NCBI GenBank assembly: GCA_963711565.1
Contig: CAVQEQ010000004.1
Coordinates: forward strand, 672,001 to 736,000
DNA length: 64,000 nucleotides
Source of the DNA: an uncultured delta proteobacterium
Lineage (GTDB): Bacteria; Desulfobacterota; Binatia; Binatales; Binataceae
Direction of reading: 5' to 3'
Position numbers and translations under genes: made by a program
Notes under the pieces: generated by a model
The model's database searches: none
What the model saw: the letters and a program-made list of their open reading frames with translations, nothing else
What the model was told of the DNA's origin: nothing
Shown here: positions 49,239 to 59,500 of the stretch, piece after piece
Layout of the letters: each line of letters begins with the position of its first letter
Position numbering within the stretch: the stretch's first letter is position 1

Positions 49239-50820
49239 TCGCGATCCACCACGCTCCTCAGTTCCCGAGTCGAGGAACGTGCCCCGCAAGCGCACGCGAC
49301 TCTCACTCGTTTGGTTCATCCCGATTCTGGCGGCGATTGTCGGCGCATGGGTGGCAGTGACGCGGGTACTGAGTGAGGGCCCCAAGATTACAATCGTCAT
49401 GAGAACGGCGGAGGGACTGGAAGCCGGTAAGACCAAGATTCACTACAACGGCGTTGATATCGGCACGGTTTCGACTATCGAGTTGTCAGCGGATCATCAG
49501 AGAGTGATCCTGACCGCGCAGATGGCGCCAAAGACGGAAGCCTTTCTGGTCGATGATACAAAGTTCTGGGTCGTGAAGCCGCGGATTTCGGGCGCCAATG
49601 TGAGTGGGTTAGGTACGCTTATCTCCGGCTCCTACATAGGCATGGAGATAGGAACATCGAAGGAAGACCGGCGGGATTTTGTGGCACTCGAGACGCCGCC
49701 GGTCATAAGCGGTGACATCCCCGGACGCTTCTTCATCCTTAAAACGTCGGATCTCGGCTCGATCGACACGGGCACCCCCATATATTTCAGGCGGCTGCAG
49801 GTCGGGCAGGTGGCGTCCTACGCGCTCGACAATGACGGCAAGAACCTGACCGTCAAGGTGTTCGTGCGGGCGCCATACGATCAGTACGTCAATCCGAATA
49901 CGCGCTTCTGGCATGCGAGCGGGATTGACGTGTCGCTTTCGGCCAGCGGACTTACCGTGCAAACTCAGTCGGTGTTGTCGATCCTTATAGGTGGCATCGC
50001 GTTCGAGACCGCGGCGACTGCCTTGGTCTTACCACCGTCCGACGAGAATGCAGTCTTCACGCTGTACGGCAACCGGACCGAGGCCTTCAACCCACCCCCG
50101 CAGCATCCGCAGACCTACCAGCTAATATTCAAAGACTCGGTTCGTGGGCTCTCAACGGGGGCGCCCGTCGAGTTTCGTGGCATTCAGATCGGCGAGGTTA
50201 CTGATATCAGCGCGCAGATCGATCTCAAGACATTCGAATTCTCGGCGCCGGTGACTATTAGCCTGGACCCACGAAGACTCGGCGTCAAAATCCTTGATCT
50301 GGGTCCCGGCGTGAATCTGGAAACCATGCGCCGAAGCCTAATCGACGCTCTAGTCGCGCATGGAGTCCGGGCGCAGTTGAAGACCGGAAACCTGTTGACG
50401 GGATCGGTGTATGTGTCTCTCGACTTCTCCCCCGGCGCGCCTAGGGCAACGGTGGACTGGTCGCAAACACCCGTACAGTTGCCGACGATCTCGGGGCAGC
50501 TGGAGGCGACCGAGGCGACCGTCGAGGACATCATCAAGAAACTCGACAAGGTGAAATTCCAGGAGATCGGCGACGACCTGCGCAAGGCGATCAATCAGCT
50601 GGATAAGACTCTGGTTGATGCGCAAGGCACACTCGCCAGCGCGCAAGGCACGCTGGACAACACCAAAGATCTCACGGGACCCAATTCCATGCAGGTGCAG
50701 CAAATCAGCAGCACGTTGCAGGAGGTGAGCCGCGCGGCGCGGTCGTTGCGCGTGCTGGCAGACTATCTCGAGCGCCATCCTGAGGCGCTCATTCGTGGCA
50801 AGAAGGGAGAGGCGAAGTGA
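49231..50820 (+). CDS. pqiB: PqiB multi-MCE/MlaD domain protein
   Basis: AEGLEAGKT, FWVVKPRI, GSIDTGTPIYFR, SVRGLSTGAPVEFRG, LERHPEALIRG. Confidence 0.92.
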   Translation: MPDRDPPRSSVPESRNVPRKRTRLSLVWFIPILAAIVGAWVAVTRVLSEGPKITIVMRTAEGLEAGKTKIHYNGVDIGTVSTIELSADHQRVILTAQMAPKTEAFLVDDTKFWVVKPRISGANVSGLGTLISGSYIGMEIGTSKEDRRDFVALETPPVISGDIPGRFFILKTSDLGSIDTGTPIYFRRLQVGQVASYALDNDGKNLTVKVFVRAPYDQYVNPNTRFWHASGIDVSLSASGLTVQTQSVLSILIGGIAFETAATALVLPPSDENAVFTLYGNRTEAFNPPPQHPQTYQLIFKDSVRGLSTGAPVEFRGIQIGEVTDISAQIDLKTFEFSAPVTISLDPRRLGVKILDLGPGVNLETMRRSLIDALVAHGVRAQLKTGNLLTGSVYVSLDFSPGAPRATVDWSQTPVQLPTISGQLEATEATVEDIIKKLDKVKFQEIGDDLRKAINQLDKTLVDAQGTLASAQGTLDNTKDLTGPNSMQVQQISSTLQEVSRAARSLRVLADYLERHPEALIRGKKGEAK

Positions 50821-51410
50821 TGGCACGGCGTATCGCGCAACTAATCTCGATCGCGTTGATTGCAATGGTTGCCGCGGGTTGCAGCACGGCGCCGTCGCGA
50901 TTCTACTCACTGACCTCCACCTCGACGGCGGACGGCACGCCCGCGACGCCGGCCAAGGTGATGGTTGGCCCGGTAACGATTCCCGCCGCAGTGGACCAGC
51001 CTGAGTTCGTGGTGCAGGTCGCGCCGAATCGCGTCGAGGTTGACGAGTTCAATCGATGGGTCGCGCCGTTGACAGACGGCATAGCGCGCGCTGTTGCCGG
51101 CGACCTAACCGTACTGCTCGGCACGCCGGACGTGGCCAGTTCGCAGTTGGCTAACTTCACTCCCGACTACAGGGTCACGATCGACGTCCAACGCTTCGAG
51201 ACGACCAAAGGCCAGGGAGTTACTGTCGAGGCGGTCTGGACAGTGCGCAAGAGCTCCGACGGCGCGACCCGCGCGGGACGTACGGTCGCCAGCGAGACAG
51301 CGCAGGGTCAGGGCTTTGACGCGCTCGCCGCCGCGCACAGCCAGGCAATAGCGAAGATGAGCGGCGATATCGCAGCCGCCATCCGGGCGGAAGCCGAGCA
51401 GAAATCGTAG
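50817..51410 (+). CDS. pqiC: PqiC family lipoprotein
   Basis: Lipobox AAGC, RFYSL, VGPVTIP, NRWVAPL. Confidence 0.85.
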   Translation: MMARRIAQLISIALIAMVAAGCSTAPSRFYSLTSTSTADGTPATPAKVMVGPVTIPAAVDQPEFVVQVAPNRVEVDEFNRWVAPLTDGIARAVAGDLTVLLGTPDVASSQLANFTPDYRVTIDVQRFETTKGQGVTVEAVWTVRKSSDGATRAGRTVASETAQGQGFDALAAAHSQAIAKMSGDIAAAIRAEAEQKS

Positions 51411-51468
51411 TGCTACAGACGACGAGCGAGAAATTCCACCTAGTGCGCGACACCGAGGTTTTTCGACG

Positions 51469-53055
51469 ATGAAGTTACTAGCCAGGCCTGAGGGACGATC
51501 GCTGCCGTTGATACTTGCGGCGGCTGTCCTCATATCCACGTCGCCGATGGTCACCGGATGCTCGCGCGGCGACGACCAACCTGCCGCTGCGCCATCGACG
51601 CAGGAACAGCCGAGCGTCGCCGCGACAGCTGTACCTGCTCCTCCTCCCCCAGCCGCGGCCGCTGAGCCCGGTCCTCCGCCTGGTGCGGCTACCCCGCAAC
51701 AGTTACAGGAGCTGGTATCACCGATAGCTCTATATCCTGATGTGCTGGTGGCGCAGATCCTCGCTGGATCCACCTATCCAACACAGGTGGTGGAGGCGGA
51801 TAGGTGGCTAAAACAGAATCCGAATCTGACTGGCGACCAGCTGGCCAACCAGGTGAACCAGCAGAACTGGGATCCAAGCATCAAGTCGCTCACGCAATTC
51901 CCGACCGTGCTGCAAACGATGAACGACAACCTCGCGTGGACCTCCAACCTGGGCGAGGCGTACTACAATCAGCCCGCCGACGTGATGAATGCTATCCAGG
52001 TTCTGCGCAACATGGCAGTGAATGCGGGAACGCTGAAGTCCACCGCGCAACAGCAAGTTGAAGTCCAGCCCGCTCCTCCTGCCGCGCAAGGCAGTACGCA
52101 GCCCTCGGTGCAGCAGACAGTTATCATCCAGCCGGCACAGCCGAATACGGTTTATGTCCCACAGTACAATCCGACTAGCGCCTATGGCGCTCCTGTCGCG
52201 GCGCCGCCGGGATACAGCGGCAGCGATTTGCTCCTCACAGGTGTCTTATCATTTGGCGCGGGGATTTTGCTCGGGTCACTGATCAACAACGGTCACAACG
52301 ATTGGAACTGCGGTTGGTATGGCGGTGGCGGCAGTACGGTCAAGTACAACAACAACGTTTACGTGACCAACAACAACGTGTACCCGGGACGATATCCCGG
52401 CGGCGGCGGGGGCTATCGACCGCCGGCGTACCGGCCGCCGAACGGCGGGTATCCGCCGCGACCAGCGCCATATCCGGGCAACAGGCCACCTTACAATGGT
52501 GGCGGCGGATACAATCGTCCGAACAATCCGGGAATCCCGGCGACGCGGCCGTACGACAAGAATACCGCGCGGCCGGCCAATCCCAATGTCACAACGCCAA
52601 ACTTCCCCAAGCCCAGCACACTGCCGAATAATCCCGTCGGGGCTAACCAGAACGGCAAGAACCCAGGAAAGAATCGACCCAATCCGCCGGCTAATCCCTC
52701 GTCAGGAACTCGGCCAGCAAATCCAGGTGCGGGAACGCTGCCAGCCAAGCCCGCCGCCGGGAATCGGCCCGCTACTGGCAAGCCCGCCAATCGCGCGGCG
52801 GACCCGGCTCGAGGCTTCGCGAAAGACAATAGCAGCATGGGCGGCCGCAATAGCGCCTTCGGTGGATATGAGCCCGGCGGAAATACGCGGGCATCAAGCG
52901 ATCGCGGACAAGCCAGCTTCAGGGGAAATCAAAAACCCGCTGGTGGTGGCGGCAAGGTTGGTGGTGGCGGAGGCGGCAATGCCAAACGCGGCGGCGGTGG
53001 CCATGGCGGCGGCGGTAATGGAGGAAATCGGGGCGGCAAGAAGAAGGGTAATTGA
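51469..53055 (+). CDS. DUF3300 domain lipoprotein with Pro/Asn/Gly-rich disordered tail
   Basis: LVSPIALYPDVLVAQIL, WDPSIKSL, VYVPQYNP, SSDRGQAS. Confidence 0.88.
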   Translation: MKLLARPEGRSLPLILAAAVLISTSPMVTGCSRGDDQPAAAPSTQEQPSVAATAVPAPPPPAAAAEPGPPPGAATPQQLQELVSPIALYPDVLVAQILAGSTYPTQVVEADRWLKQNPNLTGDQLANQVNQQNWDPSIKSLTQFPTVLQTMNDNLAWTSNLGEAYYNQPADVMNAIQVLRNMAVNAGTLKSTAQQQVEVQPAPPAAQGSTQPSVQQTVIIQPAQPNTVYVPQYNPTSAYGAPVAAPPGYSGSDLLLTGVLSFGAGILLGSLINNGHNDWNCGWYGGGGSTVKYNNNVYVTNNNVYPGRYPGGGGGYRPPAYRPPNGGYPPRPAPYPGNRPPYNGGGGYNRPNNPGIPATRPYDKNTARPANPNVTTPNFPKPSTLPNNPVGANQNGKNPGKNRPNPPANPSSGTRPANPGAGTLPAKPAAGNRPATGKPANRAADPARGFAKDNSSMGGRNSAFGGYEPGGNTRASSDRGQASFRGNQKPAGGGGKVGGGGGGNAKRGGGGHGGGGNGGNRGGKKKGN

Positions 53056-53064
53056 GGAATTCCT

Positions 53065-54096
53065 ATGATGCGCAATCAAATGATTAAGGAACACCTCAAC
53101 ATCAATTTACACCGCGCCGCGAACGCGACGGGAAAAACACTTATGTCGAATTTTCTTAACTATTCGCGGCTGAGAGTCGCGCTCGTGCTGTCATCGCTCC
53201 TTTTGATAGGATTGTTGGTCGCACCGTTCGCGTCGGCGGACGAACCCGCCTCGCAGCAAGCATTCCCATCGCCGGACGCCGCAGCTAAGGCCCTCGTCGT
53301 CGCCGACAGAGCGGACGATATGAAAGCCCTCGGCTCGATTCTCGGCCCGGACGCCGATCAGGTCCTTTCATCGGGAGATCCAGTTGCCGACAAGAACGCG
53401 CGTGACGACTTCGCGCGACGCTACGACGAAATGCATCGATTCGAGTACGACGATCAGGGTCGCGTGATCCTTTATATAGGCGCCGGCAACTGGCCGGTTC
53501 CGATTCGGCTCGTAAAGAAAGTGGACGGATGGGTGTTCGACACGGCTGCCGGCAAAGATGAGCTGCTATACAGGCGAATAGGTCGAAATGAGCTTTTCAC
53601 GATCAAGGTTCTCGAAAATTTGGCCGATGCCCAGACAGAGTACGCAAGCGACGCACACGATGGCGAGGGTCCCGGTCTCTACGCCCGGAAAATTCTGAGC
53701 GATATCGGTAAACAGAACGGGTTGTATTGGGAGACCGCTGAAGGGCAGCCCGAGAGTCCTATTGGACCTCTTGTCGCGAGCGCAACTGCGGCCGGCTATA
53801 GGAAAGGTACCGGTGGAAATCCTGTCCCGTTTCACGGGTACTACTACAAAGTACTGACAAAGCAGGGCAGGAATGCGCCGGACGGAGCAATGAACTACCT
53901 GGTCGATGGCAAAATGACCAAGGGCTTCGCATTCCTGGCTTATCCCGCCGAGTATCGCGCCTCGGGAGTTATGACACTCATGATCAACCAGGACGGTGTC
54001 ATAGTTCAAAAGGACCTGGGTGCCGACACTACTAAAATGGCGGACGCGATCGACGTATACAATCCCGACAAGACCTGGCAGGAAGTGGACGAGTAG
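53065..54096 (+). CDS. DUF2950 family protein
   Basis: FPSPDAAAKAL, RRIGRNE, GLYW, SPIGPL, PFHGYYYKVL, AYPAEYRASGVMT, NPDKTW. Confidence 0.88.
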   Translation: MMRNQMIKEHLNINLHRAANATGKTLMSNFLNYSRLRVALVLSSLLLIGLLVAPFASADEPASQQAFPSPDAAAKALVVADRADDMKALGSILGPDADQVLSSGDPVADKNARDDFARRYDEMHRFEYDDQGRVILYIGAGNWPVPIRLVKKVDGWVFDTAAGKDELLYRRIGRNELFTIKVLENLADAQTEYASDAHDGEGPGLYARKILSDIGKQNGLYWETAEGQPESPIGPLVASATAAGYRKGTGGNPVPFHGYYYKVLTKQGRNAPDGAMNYLVDGKMTKGFAFLAYPAEYRASGVMTLMINQDGVIVQKDLGADTTKMADAIDVYNPDKTWQEVDE

Positions 54097-54153
54097 ATTA
54101 TCATTGCCGGCGCATGCCGCGTGGGTGCAGTAACGATGGCGGGCGGAGATCAA

Positions 54154-54938
54154 ATGTCAGTCGAAGCCACTCTCATCGGACAACTGCGGGATGAAATCCA
54201 TCGTCGCCTCGCACCACATAGGCATACGGCGCTGCTCGCCGCGATTATCGCTGCGTTCATGGTTCGGCCATTGATCGGTGATTCCGGCGCTGGTCCTATC
54301 ATGTTCAGCAGCGCGATGTTGGTGCTGCTTCTGCTAGCCCTGTACAACATCGACGTTGATGAGTTGGTAGGCGACCGGGAAACTCTTATAGCCCAGAGGC
54401 GGAGGCGGAGCATCATCGCGTGGACGCTGGGTATTCCCGCGATCGTAGAACGATTTGTCGTCGTCTTCTCACCAAGCCACTCGATCTACCTGGCCGGCTC
54501 GATTCTGTGGATGCTGCTCTTCGCCTTCATCACGTGGAATGAATTGCGTGCCGTCCTGAGGCAGAAGGAGATTACGCGGGAAGTCATCAGCATGTCGATT
54601 TCGACCTACCTCCTGCTGGGTCTGACTTGTGGGCTGTTCTATATCCTACTTCACGATCTACAGCCCAATGCCTTCAGCTTCGGTTCCGGGCGCCTCTTTC
54701 CGAGCAACAGACTATCCCGGTTATGATCTATTTCAGCCTCACTACTCTATCGACTATCGGGTTTGGCGACATAACGCCGGTAACTCTACAAGCACGCTAC
54801 GCGGCGGTGGCGGAAGGTATAACCGGACAGTTCTACCTGGCGATTTTGGTCGCGCGGCTGGTGGGAATGCAGATGACCCAGTCGCCAACCCAGCACGCGG
54901 AACAAAAAGCATTCGAGGCCGGTACCGAACCAAAATGA
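54154..54938 (+). pseudogene. Potassium channel family (Ion_trans_2) protein, frameshifted at about 54690 (possibly assembly error)
   Basis: TM helices, then in the next frame YFSLTTLSTIGFGDITP..EGITGQFYLAILVARLV. Confidence 0.8.
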
Positions 54939-54989
54939 GCTGCCGGGCGAGACGCTAAGCTACGGGCCGAGTTTTATGAGGAACTACTC

Positions 54990-55745
54990 GTGAGCCCAAT
55001 CGCTGTCGGTTGCATCGTGCTGGCATGCGTTTTCGGCGGCGCGCTGCTCGGAATGGCTCTTCAGACGATTCTGCCCGAGCACCACCTGAGCGTGGATTCC
55101 AGGGACGTAATCAAACTAGGGATGGGTCTGATCGCGACGATGTCGGCCCTGGTTCTTGCACTGCTGATTAGCTCGGCAAAGGGTTCCTACGACACACAGA
55201 GAAACGAACTCACTCAAGCCGCCGCCAACATCATCCTGATCGATCGCGTGCTAGCGCATTACGGACCCGAGAGCAAGGAAGCTCGCGATCTCCTCCAGCT
55301 ATCCGTCGCTGGGATGATCGATCGAATCTGGCCCAGCGATCCTGCGGCAAATGCGAAGTTGGGGCCGACCACGGCTGGCGGCGAACTGTTCTTCGACAAG
55401 ATCCAGGAACTTACCCCGCAGAACGACGTTCAGCGCGCGCTTCAGGCCGAAGCCGTGAGGATGAGCATCGACATCGGGCAGGCGCGCTTATTGTTGTTCG
55501 AGCAGAGCGGCCGTTCGATCCCGATGCCGTTTCTTGTGCTATTGATCTTCTGGGTGACTGTTATTTTTCTCAGCTTCGGACTTTTCGCCCCCCACAACGC
55601 AACCGTGATCGCGACTCTGTTCTTGTGTGCGCTATCGGTTTCAGGCGCTATCTTTTTGATAATGGAGTTGGACCGACCGTTCGGTGGGATGATTCAGATT
55701 TCGAGTGCTCCGCTGCGCTCCGCCATCGCCAGTATCGACAAGTAG
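54990..55745 (+). CDS. DUF4239 (bestrophin-like) membrane protein
   Basis: LIATMSALVLALLISSAKGSYD, DRVLAHYG, IMELDRPFGG..ISSAPL. Confidence 0.8.
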   Translation: MSPIAVGCIVLACVFGGALLGMALQTILPEHHLSVDSRDVIKLGMGLIATMSALVLALLISSAKGSYDTQRNELTQAAANIILIDRVLAHYGPESKEARDLLQLSVAGMIDRIWPSDPAANAKLGPTTAGGELFFDKIQELTPQNDVQRALQAEAVRMSIDIGQARLLLFEQSGRSIPMPFLVLLIFWVTVIFLSFGLFAPHNATVIATLFLCALSVSGAIFLIMELDRPFGGMIQISSAPLRSAIASIDK

Positions 55746-55746
55746 C

Positions 55747-56180
55747 ATGAGCGCTGTACCACAAAACATCGCCGTAACCGGCAAGTGGCTACACTGCGAC
55801 TTCGTCGCAGCCCGGCCAGTATTCGTCTTCTTTCTGGTCGCCTTCGTGCTCCAGCTTTTGATCATCAAGCTGGCAGTCGCGGAATTCTCAATTCCGATAA
55901 CTGCGTTTTCCCAGGCCGTGGTCGGCGCCCTGCTGGCAGCCAAGGCGGTCCTGATACTTGACGAAACGCGGCTTGGACGGAGCCTCGAACGCTATCGCAA
56001 GATCGTCGCGCTTGGCGTCAAGACAATTCTCTACAGATTCGGCGCGCTGCTGCTCGGCTACCTCGAACGATTTCTTGAAGCGCTGCACTGGTTGGCAGCT
56101 TCGACGAAGCCGTCCGGGACATGATCGACAGGGCAAACTTGTATCGGTTCTCCGCCTGGGTACTGGGAGTAACTCTGCGG
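55747..56180 (+). pseudogene. Degenerate membrane protein gene (frameshift at about 56090, truncated at about 56180)
   Basis: PVFVFFLVAF..GALLAAKAVLILD..LERFLEA continues out of frame as GSFDEAVRDMIDRANLYRFSAWVLG, then breaks. Confidence 0.5.
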
Positions 56181-56184
56181 CACG

Positions 56185-56400
56185 GCGCGCGAGGACCAAA
56201 AGGACGCCCACGGCAACGTCGTCGCGACTACACCCTTTTGGACGAGCGCTTCGGATTTGAAGGCGAAGCGATTCTATTTCCGCACTCACGAGAACAGTCA
56301 AATTCGCTCAGTCAACCTCATGAAAATGCCGGTGGACGCCAAAAGCATCGCCACCATTTCCATGAAGGGCAGCGAGGACATCAAATCTCTGAACCCCTGA
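56185..56400 (+). pseudogene. C-terminal remnant of choloylglycine hydrolase / penicillin V acylase family
   Basis: With small frameshifts it reads AREDQKDAHGNVV-DYTLWTSASDLKAKRFYFRTHENSQIRSVNL...SLNP*. Confidence 0.6.
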
Positions 56401-56590
56401 AGGGCACCAACTCGCGTGTCGATGCTACGGCACAGTCCGCAACTGTCAATCCTGCCCGAGCGGACTTGAACCCGATTCGGTCCACTCGCGCCGCAGGTGT
56501 CAAGTGGCAAACGGGCTTTCATAAATGCGAGCTACAAGCTTATCATCTTCCGGAAGATTGCTCGGAATTTGAAATCGCTCGAGGCTTGAA

Positions 56591-59500
56591 ATGAATCCGT
56601 TTTCCGCCAGGAATCGAACTGATCGGGCAAGTGAGCCTGGGCGGCGCGCGAGTCGCCGCCGCAGCCTTTGGCTCGGCTTGATATTAGTTCTGATAGCACT
56701 ATCTCCTCTGTCCCTGAACCTGAAAGCGGCGTCACCTCCTCCCCCGTTGATTGGCTTCAGCCCGCAGGCCGGGACCTCCGTGCTGCCCGCCAACGAATTG
56801 GCGGCCTGCGCAAATCCCGGCTATACTTCGCTGAGCCAATGCATCGACAAACAGGACAAGGACAACGTAGTCATCGGAGAGGGTGCGAAAAAAGCTCTGT
56901 GCAAGACAAATGTCGTCGCCGATGAAGCGTCTTACGCTTTTGGGAAAATCACTATCGGCGCGGGCGGGTTGCTGCTGGTGCCTGATCAGACGGCGCAAAC
57001 TCCGGTCAGCATCACAACGACGGGAATCAACGTTGCCGGTACGCTGCAAATCGGTGATCCGGCCTGCCCTATCGGCACTACCAGTCCGGCTGACAAGGTA
57101 ACGATCACCTTCACCGGAGATAAGAAGACTTGCTCGGGTGGCTGTGACGGCAGCGTGAAGGGAATCGAGGTCGAGAAGAACGGCAGCTTGATAATGTACG
57201 GCCTCAAGGGTGCACCGAATCCATCTGTTAGCCCCGCCTCTCCAGGAGTGAGCTGGACCTATCTAACGGCGCCGGCCGGGCCGACTACCTACAATTCCAC
57301 AGCCGGCGTATTGAGCCCGGTTCCGAGTGAGGGCACCACCACGCTGCAACTGGCTAGCGATGTGACCGGTCCGAACGGCTGGAAGATGGGCGATTGGATC
57401 GCGGTGGCGACGACGAGTTTCAGTCCGTTTGAAACCGAGTTCGTGCAATTGGCCGGTAACCCGACGGTGGTCGTTGCGGGCGTCAGCAGCAGTGTGACGC
57501 TTATGCAGCCGCTGAAGTTCTATCACTTCGGCGGAACCGCTCCCAGCACGGGCTCCACCGGGAAATGTACCAAGAACCCAACCCTGCCTGACTCTTACTG
57601 CGACCCTTCGACGCAGAACTTCGGCGTCGATGAAAGAGCCGAAGTTGGACTAATCAGCCGCAATATCAAGTTAACGGCCGACACCGCCGCAACCGGGGAT
57701 AGCCGTCACTGGGGCGGCGAGTTGCGCTTTGTCATGGGGTACAAACAAGTCGCGCTGCAAGGTGTCGAGATCGAGAAGTTCGGCAAGGAACAGCTGGGAA
57801 GCTATCCAATCCACTTTCATATGGACGGCTCCCTGCCTGCGGATTCGGGGTCCGGCGGCACGCTGGTCAACGCGAACAGCATTCATCATAGCTACAACAA
57901 GTGCATCGCGATTCACGAGACGAATAATCTTGTTATTCAGAACAATGTATGCGCGCGCATAACTGGGAACATCTTCTACGAAGAGATCGGCGACGAGACT
58001 AATACCACCTTCACCGGCAACCTCGGGATGGGTGCGATGAGCAATTGGTTCAACGTCCATGAGACTGTAGATAGCACCCGGGACAATCTTATCTCGACGT
58101 ATTATTGGCCCGGCGATAACTTGCAGACAGTCACCAGCTTTAACCAGTTCAACATACGCGACACCGATAACCAGTTCTCGAAGGAGATCGCGGAGGGGCT
58201 TCCCCGGGTGCGTGGTAGCTGCGGGACCTTCGGCCCGCAAGGCAAAATTGACCTGAACCGGCCCTTCACCAAAGATCATACCTTCTGTGATCCCGACCAG
58301 GGCGAGGTGTATTTCGAACCTCCCAATGGTTTCTGGATCCTCAATCCCAGTACCAAGCTCATGAATAACTCAATTGCCGGTTGCCAGGATGTTGGTAAGG
58401 CCTACTGGTATGTGCCACCCAAGGATTCCTCCAGCACGGCGGCCAAGTTTATTCCGATCGGTATGCAGTATAGCGGTCCCGATCCGTCGAAGTTCGGACT
58501 GTTTCAGAATAATCGCGGACACGGCTGTTATTCAGGAGTGTACGGTGAAGATGATGGATTGGTCACCTCCGACCAGCTCTTTGGCTATCAGGACGGTGTC
58601 CACGACGCGTCACATCAGGCCGTGGTCGACGAGTTCGACGGCCTGACCCTGTCCCGCATCAAGGACCGCGGCGTCTGGCTGCGTCCGAGCTTTTTCGTGG
58701 TCAAGGACGCACGAGTTGCGACCAGCCGCGACGGCGTGTCGACGGTTACTTCGGGTGGCGTCGATGGCAATTATCCGGGCGTCTGGGGGATGCTCCTCGA
58801 CTCGGTAGTTGTTGGGATAAGCATGAATAACGTGGATCGATGGGGACCCTGCGGTTCTAAGGTGTTAGTCCCGGGGTTCCCCCAGAGCCGCGGCGGCGAT
58901 ATGGGTTGTATCGATCAGACGGTGCCGAAAAACGGAACGTCAAAGACCGGCGGAGAGTTCACCGATAGAGGTTATCCCACTCCCGATTGGCCAATGTTCG
59001 GCTTCATGATTTACGACGGTCCGCCACTCATAATCACGGACCGCTTCGTCAATTTCCGGGCCGCGCCGGGGTCAACGGCGACCACTGGTTTTACGGCGGC
59101 GAAACTTCTCACCACCGCCGACAATTGCATTTTGACTGGGTGCCCCAATCAAACACCCGCGGTCATGCCGTGGGGCTTCTACGGGATACCCGGCTGTCCC
59201 ACCAATCCATTGGGTTACTCGATCTACGAGGGTGACGCGGCCCTGGGCTGGTTCAACGTCAATCAGAGTTCTTATCCAGCCGCGACCACTACTGACAATT
59301 TGACATTCACCAACGTTGATTTGCGCCATCAGATCTACACCGCGCAAGTCAATCGAGGAGGCTTCACCGACGGCGACGAGAACACTACCATAGTCGACCT
59401 CGACGGTTCGCTTTCCGGAATCGTCGCGTTGGATCCGGACGGCAACCCACTTCCGACAATCTCGCTCAACAACCTTGGGATCAACGCGTCGAGTAATTCG

